Of a stretch of 64,000 nt of DNA, positions 17,381 to 27,188 are shown piece after piece. The stretch lies in NCBI GenBank assembly GCA_963674705.1, contig OY771506.1, forward strand, positions 1,888,001-1,952,000, read 5' to 3'. Position 1 is the first letter of the stretch, and the number at the start of each line of letters is the position of its first letter. The notes beneath the pieces are model-generated. The model saw nothing but the letters and a program-made list of their open reading frames with translations, was not told the origin of the DNA and did no database searches. Position numbers and translations under genes: made by a program. Source of the stretch: Phycisphaeraceae bacterium. Lineage in GTDB: Bacteria > Planctomycetota > Phycisphaerae > Phycisphaerales > Phycisphaeraceae.

Positions 17381-20115
17381 GCCGAACACAAAAGTCGAGA
17401 CACGTAATCGCACCGGTGTTAACGCGCTGGTACGCGCTGTTGACCTTCCGGACGTTGTTCTCGGTGTTGGCTTGTTCGGGATTAGCGTTGTTGCTGCTTG
17501 TGTTGCTGGATGTGGTATTCATTCTCCCGCAGGATGTGCGTGGATTAACAGTTGCGCTGTTGTTGTGCGCCGGGTTGTTGTCGGTTTTGGTCGGTGTGAT
17601 CGCCATGATCCGTCTAAACCCGATCCGTGTTGCACGGCAGATGGAAACACGCACCACCGACCTCGGAACGAGCCTGACCAATGCGGTGCAGTTAAGTGAA
17701 ACGCAGGACATCGCACCGATCACGGACTATCTGCGAGATGAAGCGGTCCGCCTTGGTCGATCGCGTGCCGAGTCGGCAACTGTTTGGCCCGTATTGAAAC
17801 GCAGCACGCTCGGTTTTGGCGCTGCGACTGTTGTTGTCGGCTTGCTTTGGCTGATCGGCATCGGCATATTCAATGATGTATTCGATGCGGTCTTCCCGCG
17901 ACTGTTTGACCCGACAGGCGATCACCCGCCATACAGCCGACTCTCGCTTGAAGTAGACCCGGGCTCTACTCATGTCATCTATGGCGGACAGATCGACATC
18001 CACGCCACCGCTCATGGCGCACCGGTCGACAAGCTCTATCTCGAATCTGAAACCGAGCAGGGCGTCACCCGCTCGGTCATGTTCCGCCGTCCGGACGGCT
18101 CATACCTGCAAACACTGACCAACCTGCGGCAGCCTACGCGCTATTGGGTGACCGACGGCCGGGCTCGCAGCCTTCGCTACCCGATCGATGTGGTTCTCAC
18201 ACCACGCATCGAACTCATCGAATACACAACTGAATTCCCGCAATACACCGGGCTCGCTTCGGTGAAGCGTGACCTCGATTCGCCCGAGATGAAACTGCCT
18301 AAACGCACGACGATCGATTGGCGTATCGCAAGCAACCGCCCGTTGGCTTCCGGCCAAATCAGTTTGACACCGCTATTGGGTGGTGATGTAAAGACCATCG
18401 AGCTTAAAGCGGATGCGGAGAATTCCAAGGTGGTGACCGGTTCGTTCGAGGTGGACGAAGCTTTGGCGTATGCGATCCGCGTGAAGGATGTCGATGGGAT
18501 CGAAAACGCTGAGCCTTATCTCGGCAGAGTCACGATCAAGCCGGACCGCAGCCCGCGCATCTATATATTAGAGCCCGGCCGACAAGCGGTCGCGACGCCT
18601 GAAAGCATCATACCCGTGCACGTTCGCGCTGAAGACGATTACAAGGTCCAGCAGGTGATCTGGTTCCGCGGCTTCAACGAATCCATCGAACGCCCGTCGC
18701 AAATGACGATTCAGCTATCTGAAAAACCCGGACTGGCCCATACCCAGGGCGAGTTTAACCTGGCCGACCTCGGCGTCAGGCCGGGCGACCGTGTGGAATA
18801 CTTCTTCGAAGCCGAAGACAACGACCCCGACGGCCCGAACATCGCGACCAGCCGATTGTACTCGCTCGATATCATTTCAAAGGCGCAGTATGAACAGGTC
18901 ATGCGCCGGATGATGGCGCAGCGCGGCCTACTCGAACGCTACATGACACTCAGCGACCATCTGCGGCGTCTGGCAGAACAAGCGCAGACGGCTGCCAGCG
19001 ATGTCAGTCAGGGTAATTCATCGACGCAAGACGCGGCCGAGTCTTTGCAGGATGCACTCGATAAGTATTCAGAGGCGTTAGAGAAAACACTCGCGGCGCC
19101 GGAGATGTTCGATGTTGAAGCGGCGTTTAATGAGCAATTGAAAGCGCAGCGTGCGCAACTTCGAGACTTGAAACAGCGCACCGCCTCTGCAGGTGAGTCC
19201 GGATCATCGTCGCAACAGCAGTTCGACCAGATCGCCGTAGACCTCGCCGAGATGGCGGGTATGACGAATGAAAACGTCGGCGAACCGGCCCGGCAGATCG
19301 TCGAAGTCGTGCGGCTGATGCGACTATCAGAGGAATACATTACACTCACGCGCCAACAGGGCGAACTCGCCAAACTCACCCGTCGCTTTGAAGATATTGA
19401 AGGCGAACTCAGCCGTTCGCAGCAGATGGCCTTGCGCGAGCTGGCCAGCGCGCAGCAGCGCATCCGCGATCGGTTGAATGAATGGATGGTCGAGGTTGAC
19501 GAAGCTGCCGACGATTTGCCGGACGATCCCGCGTTCAATTCGATGCGGCAGCAGGCACAAGCCTTTATACAGGCAGTTCAGGAATTGCAAATCCCGGAAA
19601 CGCTGACCATCGCAAACGGCGCCTTTGCCGATTCGGACGGCCCGAATGCTTACAACCATGCGCTGGTGGCTCACGAGTTAATGGATTCACTCATCACGCG
19701 CAGCCAGGGGATGCAAGGTGAAGGATCACAATGTTTGAACTTTAATCCCGCTTTACAGGAATCGCTGGGCAACTCGCTCGATCAGATCATGGCCGCACTG
19801 AATAATGACGGCAGTGGTTCATCCGGTTCTGCCAATGGATACGGCTTGTTTGGCGAAAGCGTGAATCTCTACGGCCCCGGCATCGAACTGCCTGAACCGC
19901 CTGAAAGCGGTGGCATGGCCGACGCGCTGGCCGCGGAGACATCGGGCTCCACGGATGCAGCAGTCGGCAGCGCCGATGATCCGCAGCTTCCGACAGATAC
20001 CAGGCCGACACGCGTCTCCATCCAGGAAGATGTGCCGTTCCCACTTTCGTACCGAGATCTGGTAGGCGAATACTTCCGCGTCGTGGCGGAGGATGAAACA
20101 GAAGAAGGGCAGTAG
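17377..20115 (+). CDS. Large membrane protein with Ig-like domains and coiled-coil C-terminus (DUF4175-like)
   Basis: Three N-terminal TMs, LTNAVQL, AEDDY and GDRVEY.FEA.DN, Q/E-rich helices, and P.SYRDLV.EYF end. ATGA overlap with the upstream stop. Confidence 0.75.
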   Translation: MSRTQKSRHVIAPVLTRWYALLTFRTLFSVLACSGLALLLLVLLDVVFILPQDVRGLTVALLLCAGLLSVLVGVIAMIRLNPIRVARQMETRTTDLGTSLTNAVQLSETQDIAPITDYLRDEAVRLGRSRAESATVWPVLKRSTLGFGAATVVVGLLWLIGIGIFNDVFDAVFPRLFDPTGDHPPYSRLSLEVDPGSTHVIYGGQIDIHATAHGAPVDKLYLESETEQGVTRSVMFRRPDGSYLQTLTNLRQPTRYWVTDGRARSLRYPIDVVLTPRIELIEYTTEFPQYTGLASVKRDLDSPEMKLPKRTTIDWRIASNRPLASGQISLTPLLGGDVKTIELKADAENSKVVTGSFEVDEALAYAIRVKDVDGIENAEPYLGRVTIKPDRSPRIYILEPGRQAVATPESIIPVHVRAEDDYKVQQVIWFRGFNESIERPSQMTIQLSEKPGLAHTQGEFNLADLGVRPGDRVEYFFEAEDNDPDGPNIATSRLYSLDIISKAQYEQVMRRMMAQRGLLERYMTLSDHLRRLAEQAQTAASDVSQGNSSTQDAAESLQDALDKYSEALEKTLAAPEMFDVEAAFNEQLKAQRAQLRDLKQRTASAGESGSSSQQQFDQIAVDLAEMAGMTNENVGEPARQIVEVVRLMRLSEEYITLTRQQGELAKLTRRFEDIEGELSRSQQMALRELASAQQRIRDRLNEWMVEVDEAADDLPDDPAFNSMRQQAQAFIQAVQELQIPETLTIANGAFADSDGPNAYNHALVAHELMDSLITRSQGMQGEGSQCLNFNPALQESLGNSLDQIMAALNNDGSGSSGSANGYGLFGESVNLYGPGIELPEPPESGGMADALAAETSGSTDAAVGSADDPQLPTDTRPTRVSIQEDVPFPLSYRDLVGEYFRVVAEDETEEGQ

Positions 20116-20116
20116 C

Positions 20117-20815
20117 ATGAAAGCAAGTAAAAAATGGATTGGTTTATTTGCCCTGGTCTTGTTGGCGGTAATGATCGGCATGTCTGTCACCGCCGGCGGA
20201 GAGGACGCGGAAGAAGCGCCCGATACCTCGTCAGAAGGCGACGCCGTCCAATGCGCCAATCTGATCTATGCCGGCACGCGCAGCAGCGTCTGCTTCAGCG
20301 ATAAGTTTCTGTCGATGCTTGCACGCGACACAACCATCAACACAGCCCGCAAATTCAAACCCGTCAAAGCAGCGGACTCGGAAGTCTTCGGCTTTCCCTT
20401 CATCGTGATGACTGGCGAAGGCGCTTTCACACTCACGGATGAGGAACGCGACAACCTCCGCCGTTATTTAGAGCGAGGCGGCTTCCTGCTTGCTAGTGCC
20501 GGCTGCAGTTCCAAGCCTTGGGATACTTCGTTCCGCCGCGAGTTGAAGACGATCTTCCCCGAGCGTGAACTTGAAGATATCCCCAAAGACAGCGTGATCT
20601 TCCGGACTGTTTACGAAATCACTTCGCTGAAGACCAAGGGTGCCGAGGCGACGCTTCAAGGCTTGACGATCGGCGGTAAGATCGTCGTGATCTATTCATC
20701 CGATGGCCTGAATGATACGTCGACAATGCACGGCTGCTGCTGTTGTGGGGGTAATGAAATCCAGAACGCGGCAAAAGTCAACGCCAACGTTTTAGCTTAC
20801 GCACTGCTTCAGTAG
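20117..20815 (+). CDS. DUF4159 domain secreted protein with a tetra-cysteine motif
   Basis: Signal peptide, FPFIVMTG....LT..ER.NLR.YL.RGGFLL, IYS..GL, HGCCCCGGNE and N.LAYAL. Confidence 0.85.
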   Translation: MKASKKWIGLFALVLLAVMIGMSVTAGGEDAEEAPDTSSEGDAVQCANLIYAGTRSSVCFSDKFLSMLARDTTINTARKFKPVKAADSEVFGFPFIVMTGEGAFTLTDEERDNLRRYLERGGFLLASAGCSSKPWDTSFRRELKTIFPERELEDIPKDSVIFRTVYEITSLKTKGAEATLQGLTIGGKIVVIYSSDGLNDTSTMHGCCCCGGNEIQNAAKVNANVLAYALLQ

Positions 20816-20846
20816 ATCCGCCTGAGAAAAGGAGTCTTTCAAGCAA

Positions 20847-22181
20847 ATGTCCCGGTCATGTAAGCTCAATCCGGTATTCGCTCTGCTCGTAGTAGCTATT
20901 GCGCTATTACTGCAAGGCTGTGCGGACGAGCCCGGCCAGGTGCGCATCCTGTTCACCGGGGAAACGATGGGCGAACTGGAGCCATGCAACTGTGCATCGC
21001 AGATGGCGGGTGGTTTGCCCGCACGTGCTGGCTATATTGCAAGGCAGACCGATGAGTTCCTCTTGCTCGATACGGGTTGCGTCTCGCGCGGCGCTCGTGA
21101 GTTCGAACGCTTGCGTGGCGAAGCAACCCTGCGAGCGATGAAAGCCATGGGCTACGATGCGGTCAACATCGGCGAGCATGAACTGTGGCTCAAGCCCGAT
21201 GAGTTAGCCGTCTTCGATAGAGTCGGTGTCCCGTTTGTCAGCGCGAATGCAACTATCTCCGATCAACCGGAGCTGATCCAAACCTATATCAAGCTACAAT
21301 GCGCTGGCAGGACTTTCACAGTCACAGGTGTTGTGGACGACACCTATACGCAAGTGGAGCCCACCTACCAGGTCGATCCACCAAGCGAAGCGATCGGCCG
21401 ATTATTGTCCGGGCTGCCTGAAGGTGCGGGGAAGATCATCGTACTCGCCGATCTGACAGAGCCGCAGGTGCGTGACCTGGCGCGTGAGTATCCCGAACTG
21501 GATGTGATCTTGTTCCGCGGCCGTGGCGATAGCCTTGCTCCGACGACGGTAAACCGCACGATCATCGCATCGGTGTATGGCGAATCGCGATACCTTGCGG
21601 ATATCAAACTTATACCCAATCCGCAGGCCGGATTTAGCGCGCAAGGCGAAGCCGTCCTGTTGGTAAACGATTACGCCGTTGCTTCGAACGTTAATGCCGT
21701 TTCCATCGATTGGTACAAACAACAGATCAACGGCCGAGAGTTCGACCTATCCGAAGCACGCCCGGGCTCCGCACTGATCAGGCCGATCCAGGCAGAACCC
21801 GGCAACGGCTACGTCGGTTCGGCCGCATGTGCCAAATGTCACAAATATGCCCATAACAAATGGTCGTCGCATCTGCATTCGGTGGCGATGAAGTCGTTAC
21901 AGGAATCAGGCTATGACTATTCGCCCGAGTGCGTGGTGTGCCATGTCGTTGCTTACGGCGCGAACGACGGCTATGTCTCGATGCAATCAACGCCTAAACT
22001 CGGGCACGTCGGTTGTGAATCCTGTCACGGCCCGGGCAAGCTGCTGCTAGACGGCAACTGCAATGGCATCGCCCGCCGCGGATCAGAGTCTGACTGTAAG
22101 CAGTGTCATTATGGCAAGCACGATCCCGGCTTCTCGTTTGAAAATGACTGGGCCCTTATCGATCACACGGAGCAACCATGA
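20847..22181 (+). CDS. Lipoprotein: degenerate 5'-nucleotidase/UshA-like domain fused to a tetraheme cytochrome c (c554-like)
   Basis: Lipobox LQGC, GELEPCNC....GG..AR, LLLDTG and GYDAVNIGEHE. Four CxxCH motifs: CAKCH, CVVCH, CESCHGPG, CKQCH. Confidence 0.85.
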   Translation: MSRSCKLNPVFALLVVAIALLLQGCADEPGQVRILFTGETMGELEPCNCASQMAGGLPARAGYIARQTDEFLLLDTGCVSRGAREFERLRGEATLRAMKAMGYDAVNIGEHELWLKPDELAVFDRVGVPFVSANATISDQPELIQTYIKLQCAGRTFTVTGVVDDTYTQVEPTYQVDPPSEAIGRLLSGLPEGAGKIIVLADLTEPQVRDLAREYPELDVILFRGRGDSLAPTTVNRTIIASVYGESRYLADIKLIPNPQAGFSAQGEAVLLVNDYAVASNVNAVSIDWYKQQINGREFDLSEARPGSALIRPIQAEPGNGYVGSAACAKCHKYAHNKWSSHLHSVAMKSLQESGYDYSPECVVCHVVAYGANDGYVSMQSTPKLGHVGCESCHGPGKLLLDGNCNGIARRGSESDCKQCHYGKHDPGFSFENDWALIDHTEQP

Positions 22182-25100
22182 ATAAGCTGGCCGCGTCCAT
22201 GTCGATCATGTGTCTGGTGTCCGCGACGTTTGCTGCGCCGCCGGCGCCGCCCACCTCGTCCACTCAGATTGATCCGATGGCGCAGCAGTTGCACTACAGC
22301 CTCGATACCGCATGTGAATCTGCCACGCAGGATGATTCACTCGTCCTGGTCGTGTTCTTTTCAATTACAGATATTAACTCCGCGCAACTCAGCCAGCAGG
22401 TCGTCTGGAATCGGCAGGTCCGACAGCAGGTCGGTGTGCTGCATACCTTTGAAATCGATATCAATCTGGGCTTCGAGGCCGGCAGGCAATTTGAATTACA
22501 ACAAGTGCCCACACTGGTCTTGATGACGCCGCAGCGCAAGATCGTCGCCCGCCACGATGGTCCTTTGGACGCTGCAGCTTTTCTTGAATGGATCAAGACC
22601 GGAAGGCAACGTGTGGCCGATGGCGTCTGGCTTGGCTTGCCTTTAAGGGCAAATGACAACCGCCGACAACAGAACTACATCAGCGATGCGATCGAACAGC
22701 TAAAGAATCGTGATCCTGAAGTTCGGCGTCGAGGCAAGGGGATATTGATCGACAGCCGAGAGGCTGCGGTTGAACCCCTGATCAAGACGCTTGATGATGA
22801 ATATCTCGGCTCGCGCATCGCTGCTTACGAAACACTCAAGGAGATGGCGCCCCATGTGCCCGAATACGAGCCTTGGCTCCAACAGGTAAGCCGAAACGAA
22901 CAGGCAGTAGCTATTCAGCAGTGGTGGTCGACCGAGGGCAGGCTTCCGGTCGAGACGCAGGTCCGCAAACTCTCCGCGGTGGAACTGCGAACGCTAAGCG
23001 ACACGATCGAGAACGTTTTCTACGGTTCGCCAGTGCGTCGAACCCGTGCGATGACTAACCTTGTGGATACAGGTTCCGCTGCGCTGCCCGCCATTCGCCA
23101 GGCGATCTTGCGGGCCGAGCGGGAAGACGATCTGGATGCGGTCCTGTTATTCGAAGATATCCGCTGGGCGATCCTCGTGCCTGATGCGGTGGAATCCGCA
23201 AAATCGGTCAGGCACGATCTGGCGCGAGGTACAAGTGAAAAACGTCAGGCCGCGGTTAAACGTCTCGGTGGGGCGGGTGTCGACGCTTTGCCGGCCCTTC
23301 GTGAATTGATTGATGACGGTGACTCGCTTGTCCGTGAAAGCGCGATACATGCACTATCTGAAGTCGGCGGGCAAGGCGCATTAGCGGCGACCGCCACGAT
23401 GCTTGAAGCGCAAGACCCCAACCTGCGCATGATCGCGGCGCAGGAGTTGGGTGGGTCCGGATCGCCTGAGGCGGGTAAATACTTGACCAAAGCAATCGAC
23501 GATACAGACGAGGTCGTCGCGATTGCCGCCATCGCTGCGATGGAGCAGGCCAAGGCGACAAGTCAGAGCGGCGCGTTGATCAAAGCATTGGATGATCCAC
23601 GCTGGCGCGTCCGCGCAGCCGCTGCGGAGTGTCTGGGTAAATTGGAAGTCAGTAAAGCCAAGCCCCATCTGGAAGACCTTTTGTCAGATGAAGACCCGTT
23701 TGTCGTCAAGGCGGCGCTGACCGCCTTACAGGAGATAGGCGTTAAACCTGATGCTGAGAAGTTGTACGACCTGGTGACACGTTACGAAGCGATGCGTCCA
23801 ATCGTCATCGAATTTCTGTTGGATGATGGTGACGCTGCAGCGATCGGCCACCTCATCGAACTATACCGCAACAGCGACGACGCCCAGAAGCAGCAGATCC
23901 TCTCGCTCATTGCAGCAAAAAACACTTACCATCGTAGTGATGATGCACAGTACCGCCCGTTGATCAACGATGCGATCGCATCTGAAAACCCAGCTATCAG
24001 ACGTATTGTGGTTTCTGTATTGAAAGCACGTGCATATCCGTTGGCGATTGAATATGTAGAAAAACTTCTCGCAGATACGGATGATCAAGTCCGCTCCGCT
24101 GCGACCGGCCTGGTTATTCCGTTGGTTGCTTTCCATTACGGTCTGACCGATTATGGCCGGGACCTGGCTGGTTATGGTGAACTGGCGGATAATAGTCAAC
24201 TGCAATCGCTGGGATCAGGACCCGCCCTTATCCCCTCTGTACAGGGCGACATGATGGGCGGTGGTTATGGTTACGGCGGGACGCTGCCTGAAAAAGCAGT
24301 ATCAAATACGGATGATGATTCGAAGCAGAAGAAAACGCTGCAACTCCATCAAACCTGGCACAAGCTTCTGAGCGAGAATCCCCCGAAAGAGGAGAATATC
24401 AGCTATCGTTTTGCTCTATTCATCACTGCATCCGGACAGGATCGGATCGATTTGCTTCCGGATTTGCCTGGCATGGAGCAATTATTAAAAGATAACTCGG
24501 AAACTAATTCAGATGTTATCGCAAGGTTACTGCTTACATGTACGCCCATGCCCGAAGGTGAAAAGCTGGTCCATGACTTGTTCAATCAGCCCGATGTGTA
24601 TGGTTTATTCCTGGCTCAGCGGGCACGGATGAACCCGGAACTCAAGAAGGTGCTGCTGGCGCCCGAACGTATGCTGCTGGCGCTGGAAGTCATCCCTGAT
24701 AATCAGCGGGATGACCTGGTCTATTCGCTTGTCGGCAGATACAGCGAACCGGGCGTTATCTCCAGCTTGGATACAGAACAAGCGAAAATATTCGTACAAC
24801 AACTGACCAATTCGGAGAAGCCACTACCACGCGCGGTTGGTTTTTTCCTTGCTGCAACTCGCCAGGATCTACTCAACAGCGATCAAATCATCGCCGGGCT
24901 TGCTGATGCCGATCAGTGGGTCCGCCGCGCCGCGGTTCAGGCTTACATTGCATCAGATCCTAGTATGGACGAGATCGAGTCGACGATAGGCCCGATGATT
25001 GCGGATGCTTCCTACGAGGTGGCTGCGGTGGCGGCTTCCACGATATTAACGCAACCGTTGCGTGATGCTGCCGAGTTACCTCCCCCAGATGCATACTTCA

Positions 25101-25525
25101 AGTACGAATCAACCAGTGTCAGCCGATCTTGGTCCCGCAATCGTCAATCGCGTCCTCCCGGTGTGATTGAACGCGAGCCGGTATTCCTGCCCGCGCTGCA
25201 ACAGCTTTCTACTCGTCGCGCGGATGATGAAGAAAGCGCGAACATCATCGCTTTGACACTGGCTCAGTACGGCGACTTTACCGCGTTGCATAAGCGGTTG
25301 GAAACATGGGAGGCCGGTTCACGCCAACAGGTCCCAGGCATTTTGTTGGTTGGCCTGGCGCTGACCAATGACGACCGCTACCTGGAGCCGTTGCGCGTCC
25401 GCGTTCAGCAATCCACTTCTTCCTATGACTTGCGGGAACAACTCCAGTGGTTGCGCGGCACGCGCAGCGATGAGGCTCGAGAGTTACGCCGAGAAATCAA
25501 CAAACGTATGCGGGAATTGAATTAA
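22178..25525 (+). CDS. Secreted thioredoxin-like + HEAT/PBS-lyase repeat protein
   Basis: Signal peptide, a Trx-like domain (VPTLVLM) lacking CxxC, and many HEAT repeats (e.g. LDDPRWRVRAAAAECLG, LLSDEDPFVVKAAL.AL). Confidence 0.8.
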   Translation: MNKLAASMSIMCLVSATFAAPPAPPTSSTQIDPMAQQLHYSLDTACESATQDDSLVLVVFFSITDINSAQLSQQVVWNRQVRQQVGVLHTFEIDINLGFEAGRQFELQQVPTLVLMTPQRKIVARHDGPLDAAAFLEWIKTGRQRVADGVWLGLPLRANDNRRQQNYISDAIEQLKNRDPEVRRRGKGILIDSREAAVEPLIKTLDDEYLGSRIAAYETLKEMAPHVPEYEPWLQQVSRNEQAVAIQQWWSTEGRLPVETQVRKLSAVELRTLSDTIENVFYGSPVRRTRAMTNLVDTGSAALPAIRQAILRAEREDDLDAVLLFEDIRWAILVPDAVESAKSVRHDLARGTSEKRQAAVKRLGGAGVDALPALRELIDDGDSLVRESAIHALSEVGGQGALAATATMLEAQDPNLRMIAAQELGGSGSPEAGKYLTKAIDDTDEVVAIAAIAAMEQAKATSQSGALIKALDDPRWRVRAAAAECLGKLEVSKAKPHLEDLLSDEDPFVVKAALTALQEIGVKPDAEKLYDLVTRYEAMRPIVIEFLLDDGDAAAIGHLIELYRNSDDAQKQQILSLIAAKNTYHRSDDAQYRPLINDAIASENPAIRRIVVSVLKARAYPLAIEYVEKLLADTDDQVRSAATGLVIPLVAFHYGLTDYGRDLAGYGELADNSQLQSLGSGPALIPSVQGDMMGGGYGYGGTLPEKAVSNTDDDSKQKKTLQLHQTWHKLLSENPPKEENISYRFALFITASGQDRIDLLPDLPGMEQLLKDNSETNSDVIARLLLTCTPMPEGEKLVHDLFNQPDVYGLFLAQRARMNPELKKVLLAPERMLLALEVIPDNQRDDLVYSLVGRYSEPGVISSLDTEQAKIFVQQLTNSEKPLPRAVGFFLAATRQDLLNSDQIIAGLADADQWVRRAAVQAYIASDPSMDEIESTIGPMIADASYEVAAVAASTILTQPLRDAAELPPPDAYFKYESTSVSRSWSRNRQSRPPGVIEREPVFLPALQQLSTRRADDEESANIIALTLAQYGDFTALHKRLETWEAGSRQQVPGILLVGLALTNDDRYLEPLRVRVQQSTSSYDLREQLQWLRGTRSDEARELRREINKRMRELN

Positions 25526-25535
25526 CGCTATCACA

Positions 25536-27188
25536 ATGTCCGCTGAAAGGATTATTCCAATGTTATTCAGAAGATCATCCGCCATAATGATGCTCCTGTT
25601 GTTGGCGGGTCTGTTATTAACAGGATGCACCCGGGTCGAAGACCATCTTACGATCAATGCCGACGGCAGCGGCACCATCGTGATCAAGACAATTCAAAGC
25701 GAACACATGCCGCCACAGCTATTCATGCAGCGAGGGATGATGGCGAATCAAGCGCCTATCCGCATCTACCCACCCATGAACAGCGAGGAAGCCGAAGTCT
25801 TGTTTCCCGGCGATGATTTTACGATAGAAGAATCGGCTGATGAAGATGGACCGGTTCAAACAATCAGCATCTCGTTTAAGAATGTCAATGATCTGCTAGC
25901 CAGCCCTTATGCCGACATCCGTGCGCTTTCTATCAGCGCCGATGCCGAATCAGGCAAACTGGTTGTTCAATCACGAGGCGGGCTCCACGCCATCGGCTCG
26001 ATAGTGTCCGCGCTAACGGAAGAGTATGCGGATCAGGCGATGAGCAGCATGGAGCTTGGTAAGGAAAAAATCGACGAGATCGAATCCGAGTTTTCCGCCA
26101 GTTTCACAATCACGCTGCCTAACGACGTAACTGCAGAAGATGGTGAAGCAGATGGCAACACTGTTGTCTGGACCGTGGCGCGTGCTGACTACGAATCACG
26201 TGATGCATTTTCTAAAGATCTTCAGCGTGTCATGGTTGCCAGTTGCAGCCTGAATAACATCACTTTTAAGCCGGATTCCCCTATGCGGATGAACCTGCAT
26301 AACTTCGATTCGCTCAAAGAAGGCGGTGTCGGTGAAGGTGATAAGGTCTCGATCGATACTGAAAAAGTGCTATCGCAAGCCGAAGTCAAGCCCTTGGTCG
26401 TGATGCACAGCCGGACCAGCAATTACACCGGCGAGAGCTGGGGTAATGAAAACGCCGGCTGGGTTGTGGCTTACGTAACGTTGCCTAAAGAGTTCAAGCC
26501 GCTGCGTTGGAGTGAATTTCAGGTCGACAAGATAGTGGACGACCAGGGTAACGATCTAATGCAGCAGATCGATGAGGATCGCATGGGCTACGGGGTTTAT
26601 GGCATAGGTTATGACCTGAATCAAGAGCAGGGCATGTTTGGCCCAAGCACGCCCAAAGATACCACTCAAGCCGTACGTTACTTTTATATTCCATTTAACA
26701 CACCCGAACCCACCGCCAAGAACCTTACGACCATAGAAGGTTCTATCAAGGCTATGTACGGCGGCCAGCCGATGCTTATCAAGCTGCCAGGCGTGATTGA
26801 ATCCATTGGCGACAGTAATGATTTTAACATGATTGATGATGAAGCCGGTATTGACAACCCCTCATTGAAGCAGGCGAATCTTAATCTGCAGGTCAGGTAT
26901 ATATCCAACGACGGTCCGATGGTGTCGATCATGCTGACCGCTGAATCGGACGAAACACTCATCAAGAACGTTCAGGTATTTGATTCAAAAGGTCAACCAT
27001 TCCCAACCTACAACGCGTCCGGCTACGGCATGGGAGACGATGACGATCTGCACTTGATGGTGGTGGGCCAGCCTGAGCCGCCGTTGTCTTTGGCGCTGCT
27101 GGTCGATGCGGCCAGCATGTCCGTGCAGGTCCCGGTCAGGTTCACCGATCTGCCCCTGCATCAGACCAAGGAAGGGGGGGGTGAATAA
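25536..27188 (+). CDS. Hypothetical lipoprotein (LppM-like N-terminal domain)
   Basis: Lipobox LTGC, LTINADGSG and FTITLP.DV.....ADGNTVVW. The start may be at 25560. Confidence 0.7.
   Translation: MSAERIIPMLFRRSSAIMMLLLLAGLLLTGCTRVEDHLTINADGSGTIVIKTIQSEHMPPQLFMQRGMMANQAPIRIYPPMNSEEAEVLFPGDDFTIEESADEDGPVQTISISFKNVNDLLASPYADIRALSISADAESGKLVVQSRGGLHAIGSIVSALTEEYADQAMSSMELGKEKIDEIESEFSASFTITLPNDVTAEDGEADGNTVVWTVARADYESRDAFSKDLQRVMVASCSLNNITFKPDSPMRMNLHNFDSLKEGGVGEGDKVSIDTEKVLSQAEVKPLVVMHSRTSNYTGESWGNENAGWVVAYVTLPKEFKPLRWSEFQVDKIVDDQGNDLMQQIDEDRMGYGVYGIGYDLNQEQGMFGPSTPKDTTQAVRYFYIPFNTPEPTAKNLTTIEGSIKAMYGGQPMLIKLPGVIESIGDSNDFNMIDDEAGIDNPSLKQANLNLQVRYISNDGPMVSIMLTAESDETLIKNVQVFDSKGQPFPTYNASGYGMGDDDDLHLMVVGQPEPPLSLALLVDAASMSVQVPVRFTDLPLHQTKEGGGE

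Noticed and set aside
20976..20993. Selenocysteine in the UshA-like CxC motif
   Set aside because: Both codons are Cys (tgc, tgt) and there is no in-frame TGA.
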